Shown here: piece by piece, positions 1-10,175 of the stretch
How the letters are laid out: each line of letters begins with the position of its first letter
Position numbering within the stretch: the stretch's first letter is position 1
Source: Acidobacteriota bacterium
GTDB taxonomy: Bacteria > Acidobacteriota > UBA890 > WLXD01
Reading direction: 5' to 3'
Assembly: GCA_965248695.1 (NCBI GenBank)
Contig: CBDFKD010000002.1
Coordinates: 3,616,001-3,680,000, forward strand
Length of the DNA stretch: 64,000 nt
The notes under the pieces: generated by a model
The model's database searches: none
The model's input: only the letters and a program-made list of their open reading frames with translations
What the model was told of the DNA's origin: nothing
Made by a program: the position numbers and the translations under genes

Positions 1-366
1 AAACTCGGCGAGGCTTGTCGCATTGGCGGTGAGCAAAATCGAGAGTCCGACCAAAGCGATACTGGCAATGATCACCTTTCGCCGGCCAACAAGGTCAGAC
101 ACCGGCGCCAGGAACATCGCTCCCGCCATCATGCCGGCGAGCGCGAAACTGAAGATCCAGCCCAGTCGATCCGGGGTGAGCTGCAACTCGGTTGCGACGG
201 GACTGGCGACAATCGCCATTGCGGTGATGTCGAAGCCGTCCAGCATGTTGAAGAACAGGCACAGGGCAACCACCAGCAGCTGCTGGTGGCTGACTTTTCC
301 GTTGTCGATTACCTCCGCGACGAAAGCCGCGCCGCTGGCCGGGCTTGCGGGGGTTGACGTACTCAT
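1..366 (-). CDS. MFS transporter, aromatic acid:H+ symporter (BenK/PcaK-like); 5' part, runs off window
   Basis: Not in the ORF track. Manual translation from ATG 366 (RBS AAGGAG) gives MSTSTP...LCLFFNMLDGFDITAM...GAMFLAPVSDLVGRRK, i.e. the DGFD motif and MFS motif A. Confidence 0.85.
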   Translation of the reverse strand, partial: MSTSTPASPASGAAFVAEVIDNGKVSHQQLLVVALCLFFNMLDGFDITAMAIVASPVATELQLTPDRLGWIFSFALAGMMAGAMFLAPVSDLVGRRKVIIASIALVGLSILLTANATSLAEF

Positions 367-530
367 TCTCCGCTCCTTGGGCTGCGACAGTGTACCTGCT
401 GGTGAGTGTGGCAGACGTCGGGCGCGGCCTGGCGGAACCTTGATTGCCGCGTCATGACATACGAATCCGGATTGTTCCCCCACGTCGCCCAGACCATACA
501 ATCGTGCCTTTCATCAGCGAGGTATTTGCC

Positions 531-1121
531 ATGGCCCACATTGCGCCGTTGCGCTTGGACGCTGTCCCCGAGTTTGTCGAGCGGTTCGAGCACTACCGCA
601 AGAGCCGCGGCTTCGTGCCCAACAGCATCCGCACGATGGCCCGGCGCCCTGCAATCGCCCGGGCTTTCATGGAACTCAATCAAGCGATTCTCTATGAGGG
701 CACGGTAGCCGAGGAGCTCAAGATGCTGGTCAGCTTGATCGCCAGCCAGGCCGCCGGCTGTCGTTACTGTCAGGCCCATATGGCCAATCTCTCGCACATC
801 TACAAGGCTTCGGAGACGAAGATCGCCGCGGTTTGGGAGTTCCAGACCAGCGAGTTGTTCAGCGATGCCGAACGGGCGGCCCTGACGCTGGCGTACAGGG
901 CTTCGATCGTGCCCAACGAAGCCGAGGCCGCCGATTTCGCTGAGCTGGGCAAGCACTTTAGCGACGATGAGATCGTCGAGATCGTCGCCTCGATTGCCTT
1001 GTTCGGCTACTTGAACCGCTGGAACGACACCATGGCCACCGAATTGGAGGATCTTCCGCAGCGGGTCGCGGAAACGATGATCGGGGGGGTCGGCTGGCAA
1101 CCCGGGAAGCACGGTGCATGA
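531..1121 (+). CDS. Carboxymuconolactone decarboxylase / AhpD-like peroxidase-related protein
   Basis: GFVPNS, ASQAAGCRYCQAH (CxxC), FSDAERAAL, YLNRWND. ATG 531 follows a GAGGT RBS. Confidence 0.85.
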   Translation: MAHIAPLRLDAVPEFVERFEHYRKSRGFVPNSIRTMARRPAIARAFMELNQAILYEGTVAEELKMLVSLIASQAAGCRYCQAHMANLSHIYKASETKIAAVWEFQTSELFSDAERAALTLAYRASIVPNEAEAADFAELGKHFSDDEIVEIVASIALFGYLNRWNDTMATELEDLPQRVAETMIGGVGWQPGKHGA

Positions 1122-1211
1122 AGCGCCTGAGCGTGACACCTGGGTGATGAGCGGCACAGCGATCAACATCAAGCAGGGCGATAGTGATGCAACAACAATC
1201 CAGGAGGAAGA

Positions 1212-1631
1212 ATGACGACTCGTGCGCTCGTGACCGCAGGCGGGATCTTGTTGCTCGCTGTCACACCCGCCGCCGCACAACAGCTCTATCCGAACATCAC
1301 TGGCGAAGTGCTAATGGAGGACGAGCGGGTCGTGGTACAGCACTTCGTCCTCGAGCCAGGAAAGTGGGAGGGAATCCACGAGCACCCAGAGTACCAGCTG
1401 GTGATCGTGTTGCAGCGGAGCGAGGAGGTCACCATGAAGTTCGGCGATGAGGTGAGGGTCGTCGAGGTGTCCGAAGAGGACCGTGAGCGCATGCGGGTGT
1501 TCTGGCGACCCGGGCCGGTGGCGCTCAGCGACGAGCACGAGAGTGGCAACACCGGTACAAGGCCACTCGAATGGATCGCCATCTCCTTCAAGTCGGACTC
1601 GATCGCCACCGAAGACAGTCCTTCTTGGTGA
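1212..1631 (+). CDS. Secreted cupin-fold protein
   Basis: Signal peptide (AAA-QQ); LEPGKWEGIHEHP and HESGNTGTRPLEWIAI cupin-like motifs; RBS AGGAGG. Confidence 0.7.
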   Translation: MTTRALVTAGGILLLAVTPAAAQQLYPNITGEVLMEDERVVVQHFVLEPGKWEGIHEHPEYQLVIVLQRSEEVTMKFGDEVRVVEVSEEDRERMRVFWRPGPVALSDEHESGNTGTRPLEWIAISFKSDSIATEDSPSW

Positions 1632-2614
1632 GTCGCGGAGCAGTTGCTCTTTCCCTCGTGCCCGTACTGGTTGCGATGGTTGCGGCCTGCCGGCAACCCA
1701 CGGAAGAACCACTTGCCACAGTCGCACCCAGCGCGGTCATCGAGGTTCGCGATGAACCTACCCAGGCAGAACTCGACAAGGACACGCAGGTTGTCATGCT
1801 GGGCACGGGCACCCCGGTACCGGATGCTTATCGCGCCGGGCCGAGTATCGCCATCATTCACAAAGGCGAGGCGTATCTGTTCGATATCGGCGCCGGAGCG
1901 ATCCAGAATGCCGTCACCGCACGCTACAGGTACGACATCCCTTCGCTATATCCGAGCCAGATCTGCTGCGTGTTCCTCACGCACATGCATAGCGATCACA
2001 CGATGGATTTTTCAGAGCTCGCCTTCACTCTGTGGTGGCGCAGAAGTGCTCCCCTATCTGCCTGGGGCCCCGTCGGCCTCGAGCAGATGACGCAAGGTAT
2101 GTACGAGATGATGGCGGCGGATACTGCCCTCAGGACCTCAGGCGTACAGCCGGTACGGAACCCGGACGCGTACCAGGTCAACGTGACGGAGATCGATGAG
2201 GGGATCGTTTTCCAGACCGGCGATCTGACGGTCGAGGCATTCGCAGTCAGTCATGGTGAGATCAAGCCGGCGTTCGGTTACCGGATCATCACCGATGACA
2301 AGACGATTGTGATTTCCGGAGACTCGGCATTCAGCGAGAAAGTGCTGGAGATGTCACGCGGCGTAGATCTGTTGTTCCACGAAGTGATCAGCGACAGCGG
2401 GCTGGCCAACACCACCGAGTTCTGGCAGAAATACCACCGGTCGGCCCACACGGTTGCCAGTGATCTGGGCAGGCTGGCGAGCGAGGCGCGGCCCGGATTG
2501 CTGGTCCTGTACCACGGCCTGTTCTACGGCGTGCCCGAAGCGACCATCGTCGATGAAGTACGGGCTACCTATGACGGCGAGGTCGTCCTTGCCGACGACC
2601 TCGCCCTGTTCTGA
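1628..2614 (+). CDS. MBL-fold metallo-hydrolase (RNase Z/AtsA arylsulfatase-like), probable lipoprotein
   Basis: LGTGTP, THMHSDH (HxHxDH), ISGDS, lipobox-like VAAC. The GTG start overlaps the upstream TGA (GTGA). Confidence 0.85.
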   Translation: MSRGAVALSLVPVLVAMVAACRQPTEEPLATVAPSAVIEVRDEPTQAELDKDTQVVMLGTGTPVPDAYRAGPSIAIIHKGEAYLFDIGAGAIQNAVTARYRYDIPSLYPSQICCVFLTHMHSDHTMDFSELAFTLWWRRSAPLSAWGPVGLEQMTQGMYEMMAADTALRTSGVQPVRNPDAYQVNVTEIDEGIVFQTGDLTVEAFAVSHGEIKPAFGYRIITDDKTIVISGDSAFSEKVLEMSRGVDLLFHEVISDSGLANTTEFWQKYHRSAHTVASDLGRLASEARPGLLVLYHGLFYGVPEATIVDEVRATYDGEVVLADDLALF

Positions 2615-2714
2615 CTGGTTTCGCTGAGCTATCAGAAATTGAGTCTGTCCTGCACGCCGTAGAACGCTACCGCCTCGTTCGCAACACAGTAGGTTTTCCT
2701 CGAGATTCCCGCCT

Positions 2715-4700
2715 TCAGGTTCGCTCGGCCCAGGGATATTGGAACTCGGGCCGGATGACGTCGGTGATCAGCTCTTGGACCGCCCGGTGCGCCTGGTCGA
2801 ACGCCGCCTGTGTGAGACAAGTCGCGGCCGCGTCGGAGTTGGCGATGGCGATCCGCCCGAACCGCTTACGGCCCAGTACCCAGGGAGCCTCGTCGTACCC
2901 CCAGTCGGGGTCGAACAGGTCATTGCCCGCTCCCGCGTACCCGTGGGGCCAGCGGTTGACGAAGATGGCCTCGATGTCCCGAGCGGGATCGAAGCCTCCC
3001 TCCCCCAGGGCACGGTCAAGCTGATCCCTGATGCCACGCTCGAACGTCTCGAACGACATGGTCAGGAGCTCCTCCCGTGCGGCACGCCACTGATCCCTTA
3101 CGGGAAGCCCCGGAGCGTCCGGTGATGCCCAGAGCCTTACGACGACCGGTTCGTCGGGCAACCGGCCGGTCTGGTATTCCCCGAAGCTGTTGCTCCAATC
3201 GTCAAGGCTGACATTTTCGAAGTACGCGCTCGGGCAATGGATGCGCGACACACCGAGCCGCTCGAACGCTCGCCAGTCGCGAACCACGACGTTGGTCGCA
3301 ACGAAGGGTCTGCGCACCGCCATATGCAGGTGTGCTTTCTGGTCCTCCGGAATCTCCGGACACAGATGCGGGATGACCGAGTTGTAGCACGCCATCACGC
3401 AGGTGCCCCCGCGCACGCGATGCGCCTGGCCATCCTGGACGTACGTGACCTCCACCGCTTTCGCCTTCGCCCGATCGCCCACGTGGTGAGCGTTCACCAC
3501 CGTGCTGTTGAGACGGATGCGCACGTCGTTTGCCGCCCGATCGAGGGTCGAATACCGGACCCGCGTCGGCACCGAATCGTTCATCGTGTGGCCTGGGAGC
3601 GAACCCGGAATCAGCCAGCGCACGAGCAGGCGGGCGACGCCAGCCATTCCGTCGGGGAAGTGCATGTCATCGAACGGATTCTCCAGTCCGGGGAAACCGT
3701 CTCTCGGCGGCGCCTCCCCGAGCCCGAGGCCCTGCAGCCCGGGCAAGCTGCTGTACCGGAAGGCGGCCCAGCCGCTCATCGTATCGATACCGGCAATGCC
3801 ATTGGCATCCGGGGCGCGGCGCTTGAAGAAGGGGATCACGTCCGGGTCGACGCCGACGACGTTCAGCAGATAGTCCTGATAGCTGATCTTGCGGAGCCGG
3901 GCGATCTTCTCCTGCACCGACAATCCGGGGAAGAAATCCTCCTGCGTCTGGTACAGCTTCGCGATGTCCTTCTGCACCCGGTCCGAGAGCGGCGTCTTCT
4001 GAAGCCATTCCGTCCACGCCTCCGGCTCGTCCGATCCGGGCTCTCCTACGACCAGCCGATCCTCACCGAACGTCTCCTCGTCGAACAGGACCGCGCTTCC
4101 CAAACCCCGCTCTCGCGCCCGTAAGCTTCGTCCCACGTTCGCACGCTTGTACACGTCCGCATCCAGACCGATGTCATGCATCAACTCCAGGCCTTCGTAC
4201 GTATAGGCTCCGGTGATATACGCCGTGCCGCCGTAGCTGATGACCTGGCGCCCGTCGACCATGCGCTCGTTCCGCTGCGCGTGCCCTCCGAAGTCGTCGT
4301 GGTTCTCCAGAATCAGGACCCTCGCCTCAGGCATCGCCTTGCGGAAGTAGTAGGCCGCCCCGAGACCGCTCAACCCGCCGCCCACCACGATCAGGTCGTA
4401 CTCTTCTCCGGTTTCCTGCGGGTCGTCCCACGCCTCGCCGTCCCGCATGCGATGAGCCACCTCGAACGAGCCCGGATGGCTGCCCCGCATCCCCGTACGT
4501 GTCGGCGGATAGTACGTCTCCTGGCTCGCAGATTGATCGACAACCGGAGATGCGGCCGGCGCCGGCCGGGCATCGCGTCCCTGCGCCCCCACATTCCCCG
4601 GCGCAAGGACCGCTCCCGTGATCGCGATGCTCGTCCCGCTCACGAAGTCGCGACGGTTGATTTCCCGGTCCATGCCCAGCTCACGATCACTCTTCTTCAT
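2715..4700 (-). CDS. spdH: Spermidine dehydrogenase-like FAD-dependent oxidoreductase, Tat-exported
   Basis: INRRDF twin-arginine motif, YYPPTRTGMRGSHPGSFEVAH, GGGLSG, ENHDDFGGHAQRNE, VNRWPHGYA, IAIANSDA: SpdH-family signatures. Confidence 0.8.
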   Translation of the reverse strand: MKKSDRELGMDREINRRDFVSGTSIAITGAVLAPGNVGAQGRDARPAPAASPVVDQSASQETYYPPTRTGMRGSHPGSFEVAHRMRDGEAWDDPQETGEEYDLIVVGGGLSGLGAAYYFRKAMPEARVLILENHDDFGGHAQRNERMVDGRQVISYGGTAYITGAYTYEGLELMHDIGLDADVYKRANVGRSLRARERGLGSAVLFDEETFGEDRLVVGEPGSDEPEAWTEWLQKTPLSDRVQKDIAKLYQTQEDFFPGLSVQEKIARLRKISYQDYLLNVVGVDPDVIPFFKRRAPDANGIAGIDTMSGWAAFRYSSLPGLQGLGLGEAPPRDGFPGLENPFDDMHFPDGMAGVARLLVRWLIPGSLPGHTMNDSVPTRVRYSTLDRAANDVRIRLNSTVVNAHHVGDRAKAKAVEVTYVQDGQAHRVRGGTCVMACYNSVIPHLCPEIPEDQKAHLHMAVRRPFVATNVVVRDWRAFERLGVSRIHCPSAYFENVSLDDWSNSFGEYQTGRLPDEPVVVRLWASPDAPGLPVRDQWRAAREELLTMSFETFERGIRDQLDRALGEGGFDPARDIEAIFVNRWPHGYAGAGNDLFDPDWGYDEAPWVLGRKRFGRIAIANSDAAATCLTQAAFDQAHRAVQELITDVIRPEFQYPWAERT

Positions 4701-4718
4701 TCCAGGTCTCCCGCTCCT

Positions 4719-6269
4719 CTAGTGTGGTCGAATCTCGTCCAGGTCGGCCGTCATCAGTAGGCCCGTGAGCTGCGTCATGGTGTGCGCCTGAGCCTCGAAC
4801 AGCTCCTTGTTGAAGCGCTCGATGCCGCTGGCTGTCGTCCAGTACAGGCCCAGGAAGCCACCGAGGCCGAAGCCGGGCAGATCGAGGCAGCCGTCGTCGC
4901 AACGGCGAGCGTATCGCCCGGCAATTCCCCACCAGCGCTGCTGCAGGCCGCCGTTGATTCCCGGACGCTCGGGCGCCGACACCTGCACGCGCTCCCACCC
5001 GTGCTCTTTGGCGGCGGCAACCGCCGCGTCGATCAGCACTTCGTTGTTGCGCGTCCACAGGTACGACTGCTCTGCCAGCCCGACGGGCTCAACCCGGCCG
5101 TCGACCTCGCGGAAGTCCATCTCGCCCATGTGCTCGATGTGCATGAGCGCCACGAGCGGCTCCAGGGCCTCCGGGTGACGAACGGGCCAGCTGACGTCGG
5201 CCGACGCTCGCTCCGCTCCCGGGTAGTAATGCCGACTGTCGAGAAAGAGCGTCAGCGTCCGCGGCCGCTGCTCTTGCGGGATGTTGGAAAAGTACTTCAC
5301 GATCGCCAGCAGCCCGAGGGCACCGTTGTCCTGCGTCACCGACGGGCCGTCAGTGTGGTTGATCATCAAGATCTGCTCGTCTTCAGGAGTGCCGTAGTCC
5401 CGACCAGGCAGATAGGCGATCGTCTGGTACGCTTCGGACTCTTGGACCGTCGCCTCCAGCCGCAGCGTCGCCGTCTTCCCTGCCTTGGCGTCCTCAAGGA
5501 CTTTGGCGCCGTCCTCGCGGCTGAGGATCACTCCGGGCGACTCGTGCAACGGCGGCACCCCGAATGTGAACAGCCCTTCGGTGCGCTCGAACGCCATGTC
5601 GTAGACGATCACATGGCCCGCAGCGCCTCCGTCGACGGCGATCTGCCACAGGCGCTGGCCCAGCTGCCAGTAGATGTCGAATGTGAAGCTGAACTCGGGC
5701 GGCACGAACTCGTACAGCTCGAAGTAGGTGTCGTCGTTGGCCCGCCACTCATAGTCGTTGAACGTGAAGCCTCGGATGTACCGGTCATCGTAGGGCGGCT
5801 GCGGATGCGGGCGGGTCGGGAACACGACGATCTTGCCCTCGACCGAGCCGGGCGGGTTGTCGTGATCGTAGTAGACCATCTCGGCGGTGATGCCCTCGGG
5901 GCCGGTGTTGCCGGAGTTGGCGGCGTAGTGGGCCACCCGTACCGGCGAGCCGTCGGAGACCAGTGACCAGTTCGTATTGTCGAACGACGTCGACCAGCGA
6001 TCGAACATCCAGCTGTTGTGGTACACGTCGACGGCACCGTACTCGACCAGCTTCTCCTCGAGGAAAGTGACGTAGTTCACCCATTCCGGGCTACCGTTCA
6101 GCGCCGGCAGGTTGTCGCTCCGCACCTTCGCCCACTCGTAGCCCTCGTCGGCAGTAACCGCCCACGCCGGATCGATGGTGGTGAACTTGCCGGCGTACGA
6201 GGTGCCCGCGCCGGTACAGGCGGGAACCGTCAGCAGCAAAGTGATCGCCGTCAATGCGCTTCGCTTCAT
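4719..6269 (-). CDS. Lipoprotein, M28-like peptidase with PA domain
   Basis: Start MKRSALTAITLLLTVPAC with RBS AGGAG; GITAEMVY...VEGKIVV (PA domain); INHTDG...QDNG and HIEHMG metal-site motifs. Confidence 0.65.
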   Translation of the reverse strand: MKRSALTAITLLLTVPACTGAGTSYAGKFTTIDPAWAVTADEGYEWAKVRSDNLPALNGSPEWVNYVTFLEEKLVEYGAVDVYHNSWMFDRWSTSFDNTNWSLVSDGSPVRVAHYAANSGNTGPEGITAEMVYYDHDNPPGSVEGKIVVFPTRPHPQPPYDDRYIRGFTFNDYEWRANDDTYFELYEFVPPEFSFTFDIYWQLGQRLWQIAVDGGAAGHVIVYDMAFERTEGLFTFGVPPLHESPGVILSREDGAKVLEDAKAGKTATLRLEATVQESEAYQTIAYLPGRDYGTPEDEQILMINHTDGPSVTQDNGALGLLAIVKYFSNIPQEQRPRTLTLFLDSRHYYPGAERASADVSWPVRHPEALEPLVALMHIEHMGEMDFREVDGRVEPVGLAEQSYLWTRNNEVLIDAAVAAAKEHGWERVQVSAPERPGINGGLQQRWWGIAGRYARRCDDGCLDLPGFGLGGFLGLYWTTASGIERFNKELFEAQAHTMTQLTGLLMTADLDEIRPH

Positions 6270-6550
6270 GCGGTGTCTCCTGATCACGGACGTCGAGATC
6301 GCTGCGGCGGTGGTCTCGGAGGGAGCGGCGTATCGATCCTCGCGCCGGGCCCCGAAGGCTAGCGCGGGCCGCATCGCGTGTCCACGTGGCAGTCGGAGAC
6401 TATTGATGCTGCGGAACAGAGGCCTGTCGGGGGTCCCTTGCCGCTTCCTTGCGGACACCATTACCCTTAGCCGCGTCTACCGAGACCCGTGGACATGTGG
6501 CATCGCGTGGGCTCCACCGCGCCGAGATACGCACTCTCGAGGAGTTGATG

Positions 6551-8128
6551 ATGAGCGACAGCGACTATGTGCCGGCAACGAACCGTGGCATCCGCACTGG
6601 TTCGACGAGTAGGTATCTCTTCGTCCTCCTACTCCTCGTCTCCTCTGCGGCGCCCGCATGGGCACAAGATCACCCGAATATCCTCTACATAGTCGTCGAC
6701 AACCAGCCCGCCTCGATCTTAGGCGCCTATGGAAACCCGGATGTCAGGACGCCCCACATCAATCGCCTGGCCAACGAAGGGATACGCCTTACTCGCGTCT
6801 TCGCCGTGCACGGCATGTGCTCTGCAACACGTGCAACGCTACTGACCGGTCTCCTGCCCTCTCAACACGGCGTTCACGACTGGCTGGACGACGGGAGGAT
6901 CGAGGAGTGGCCCGACGATTGGAACGCGATCAGCGAGTACAGGTCACTGCCGTACACGCTGAAGAATCGTGGATATCAGACGGCCTTGATCGGCAAATGG
7001 CACCTGGGTCAGCCACGTCCGCCGGATGACTGGTTCGACTATTGGGTGACGTTCAACCTCGGCCATACGGTCGACTTCTGGTCCAACGAGATCAACGACA
7101 ACACGAGCGTCTACGGACTAGAGGACCAGCACAGCGTCGATTTCTTTACCAACAAGGCAGTTACATACCTGGAGAATCACGACCCCGAGAGCCCGTTCTT
7201 CCTGCTGGTTACCCTCAACGGCCCCTACCTGAACCCACCGACGAACCTCGGGCCCGCCAGGAACCGGCACTACGCAAGCTATGCGGACAAGGAGTTCCCT
7301 TCGTTTCCTAGAAACAGGGTCAACGACAGCATCCTCGAGCAGCTGGCGCCTCCGTACACTGGCTGGTTCGCCAGCCTGGCGCGTATGAACAACGACCAGG
7401 CGTCAATGGCCAACGTCGCGTCCCAGAATACGCTGGTGGACGAAAGCGTCGGCCGTCTGCTGGCAGCGCTCGAGGAGCAGCAACTCGAAGACGACACGTT
7501 GGTCGTTTACACGAGTGATCAGGGCAACTTCTTCGGACAGCACGGCTTCTGGGGCCACACCGACAACACGTTTCCGGCGAGCCTTTACGACACGCCGATG
7601 AACGTACCGTTCATTGCTCGCTACCCAGGCACGATCGAGAGAGGGCAGGTGAGTGACCTGCTCGTGGGCCAATACGATCTCATGCCCACGATGTTGGATC
7701 TGGCCGGCTTCGGGGATGTGGAGATCGCCAACTCTCCGGGCCGGAGCTTTGCCGACCACTTGAACGGGGGTGAGATCACGGCGTGGGCCGATGCCGTGTA
7801 CATGGATCATGAGGCAACTCGTGCAATCAGGACCGATCGTTATTCGTATTGGAAACGTCTGACGGGTACAGGCGAGCACGAGCTCTACGACATCCGTGAC
7901 GATCCGGAGCAAATGAACAATCTGTATCGAGCTCCCGACTACGCAGGCGTCGTCTCGGACTTTGACATGAAGCTCACTACTTTCTTCGACACCTATTCTG
8001 ATGTCGCCTACGACCTTTGGCGTGGCGGCACCGTAAAGGGATCCACGGATTGGTCCCGTGCATTCAAGTCTCTCTACGGTGAACAGTGGGAGGCCGAGGC
8101 GAAGATCAAGCCAGCCTTTAGGGAGTAA
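6551..8128 (+). CDS. Secreted formylglycine-dependent sulfatase (S1 family)
   Basis: PNILYIVVDN, CSATRATLLTG, GKWHLG, YTSDQG, ELYDIRDDPEQMNNL; signal peptide AWA-QD. Confidence 0.9.
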   Translation: MSDSDYVPATNRGIRTGSTSRYLFVLLLLVSSAAPAWAQDHPNILYIVVDNQPASILGAYGNPDVRTPHINRLANEGIRLTRVFAVHGMCSATRATLLTGLLPSQHGVHDWLDDGRIEEWPDDWNAISEYRSLPYTLKNRGYQTALIGKWHLGQPRPPDDWFDYWVTFNLGHTVDFWSNEINDNTSVYGLEDQHSVDFFTNKAVTYLENHDPESPFFLLVTLNGPYLNPPTNLGPARNRHYASYADKEFPSFPRNRVNDSILEQLAPPYTGWFASLARMNNDQASMANVASQNTLVDESVGRLLAALEEQQLEDDTLVVYTSDQGNFFGQHGFWGHTDNTFPASLYDTPMNVPFIARYPGTIERGQVSDLLVGQYDLMPTMLDLAGFGDVEIANSPGRSFADHLNGGEITAWADAVYMDHEATRAIRTDRYSYWKRLTGTGEHELYDIRDDPEQMNNLYRAPDYAGVVSDFDMKLTTFFDTYSDVAYDLWRGGTVKGSTDWSRAFKSLYGEQWEAEAKIKPAFRE

Positions 8129-8245
8129 CCCGGCCGGGACACGGCCTTCGCCTCTACGGCTAACGAGCTAACGGGTTACGACGCTGGATGCTGTTCGAAA
8201 GGCCTTGAGCGAGGAATTCTCGCAAATGATCGACAGGTGCCCGAG

Positions 8246-9853
8246 ATGAAACGGCGCGAATTCTTGAAGGCTGCCGCTGCGGCATTCGTCGTTCCCGGGC
8301 AAGCACTGGCTCAAAGCGGGCACGACCTGGCCCTCGTCAATGGTCGAATCGTGACGATGGATGCTGCCCAACCGTACGCCGAAGCCGCGCTCGTCAGAAA
8401 CGGCAGAATCGTTGGGGTGGGCTCGAACGGCGATGTCGAACGAGAGGCGGGAGGAGTAGACCGGTTCGATGCCGAAGGGCGCGTTGTGGTGCCTGGCTTC
8501 GTCGACACCCACGTGCATTTCGAGCTGACCTGTCTTGCTCGTCAGTACCAGGTTGCATGCCACACACCCCCGCATCGCTCCCTCCGGGGGATCTTCGAGA
8601 CCTTGAGATCCAGTGCGGCCGGTACGCCGAAGGATCGGTGGATTGTTGGCCGAAGCTCTTTCAGCCTGCGCGGTAAAGTCGAAGAGGGACGGCTCGCCAA
8701 CCGGCATGAGCTGGATGCGATAACGACGGATCACCCCCTGGCGCTCTTCTCCGGGCTTCACGTAGCGATGCTGAATACGCGCGCGCTGCACGAGCTCGGG
8801 TTGTGGGATCGAGCGCAGAATCCCCCGCGGGGCGTCTATATCGATGTGGAACCGTCGGGCACACCAAGCGGTCTGGCTACCGAGGTATGGGACCTGATGC
8901 CGGCATACTCGGTCGATGAGGTGATGCTGGCGCTACGCAATCACGCAGAGGACGTCTTCGTGTCGAAAGGCACGACAACGATCGGCAACATTCCGTATTC
9001 CGCCAACGATCTTCGCGCCGATCAGGCGCTCCAGGCACGAGGTGAGTTGCCAGTACGTCTTCGTGCCTATCACCACGTTCCGCGTACCGTGTCACTGACG
9101 TCATTGCTCGACGCCGGGCTCGTGTCTGGCATGGGAGATTCCATGTTCAGGTTCGGCGGTATCAAGATCTTCATCGACGGGATCGGGTATGACGCGCTGG
9201 GCAACGTCCTTGACGATTCGAAATGGACGCGGAGTGAGCTAAATGAGTTCGTATCAGGTGCCCATGCTGCGGGTATCCAGCTCATCATGCATGCGCTTAC
9301 CACCAAAGGAATGCTGATGGCAGCGGATGCGGTGGAGGAGGCCATGCGTCGCGATGGCCGGCCGCACCGCCATCGCATCGAACACGCCGGCGGTCTGCTG
9401 GAGCGCCCGGAGGAGTTTCAGCGGCTCGCATCACTCGGCATTCTGCCCGTCGTGACACCGCACTTCTGGCAGCGCGAGGGTAATGCGGTGCCGAAATTCA
9501 AGACATTGATAGAGCGTGGCTTGCAGCCAGTGATGGTGACTGACACCACCGGCACAGTGCCTGGCTCATCCGCGCCACTTCGAAACATGGCCGCGTCGAT
9601 GGTGGAATCACAACACGGCGGTGCAGCGCCAAACACTGCCGAAACGCTGACGTTCGAGCAGGCATTGCGCATGAACACGGAATGGGCCGCTTACAGCATC
9701 TTTGAAGACCACGAAAAGGGCACGATCACGCCAGGCAAGCTGGCTGACTTCGCCGTACTCTCAGAGGATCCGGAGACCCTGGGCGGCCCCGATCTGTTCG
9801 ACATGGGTGTCGATGCGACAATCCTGGGCGGCCAGGTTGTGTATCAGTCCTGA
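8246..9853 (+). CDS. Tat-exported amidohydrolase (Amidohydro_3 / YtcJ-like)
   Basis: MKRREFLK Tat motif, PGFVDTHVH, GGIKIFIDG, RHRIEHA, KGTITPGKLADF. Confidence 0.9.
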   Translation: MKRREFLKAAAAAFVVPGQALAQSGHDLALVNGRIVTMDAAQPYAEAALVRNGRIVGVGSNGDVEREAGGVDRFDAEGRVVVPGFVDTHVHFELTCLARQYQVACHTPPHRSLRGIFETLRSSAAGTPKDRWIVGRSSFSLRGKVEEGRLANRHELDAITTDHPLALFSGLHVAMLNTRALHELGLWDRAQNPPRGVYIDVEPSGTPSGLATEVWDLMPAYSVDEVMLALRNHAEDVFVSKGTTTIGNIPYSANDLRADQALQARGELPVRLRAYHHVPRTVSLTSLLDAGLVSGMGDSMFRFGGIKIFIDGIGYDALGNVLDDSKWTRSELNEFVSGAHAAGIQLIMHALTTKGMLMAADAVEEAMRRDGRPHRHRIEHAGGLLERPEEFQRLASLGILPVVTPHFWQREGNAVPKFKTLIERGLQPVMVTDTTGTVPGSSAPLRNMAASMVESQHGGAAPNTAETLTFEQALRMNTEWAAYSIFEDHEKGTITPGKLADFAVLSEDPETLGGPDLFDMGVDATILGGQVVYQS

Positions 9854-10175
9854 GGCATTCCGAATCGCACGAGGCAAAGACCAACGCCAGCAGAGATCAG
9901 TATTCCGAGGTGGTGGCTGTTACGTCAGGGCTCTCGGTGTCATTTCGGTATCAAGGTCAACTGGCAAACCGCTCGTTTTCGATCGGCGGCGGCCTCAACG
10001 AGAGACCAACCCGTAAGTTCAAGCCACGTCAAGGGATAGCAACTATCGTCAGCGCGTCGCTTGAACACACGGTGGAAGTCCCAGGTTCGAACTGAGTCGC
10101 TGCTATACGGACGCCAGAACTAGGCGCGAAGGATCTCGGAGTACCCGCTAGCTTGACAGCACCTTTGGTCGAGCC

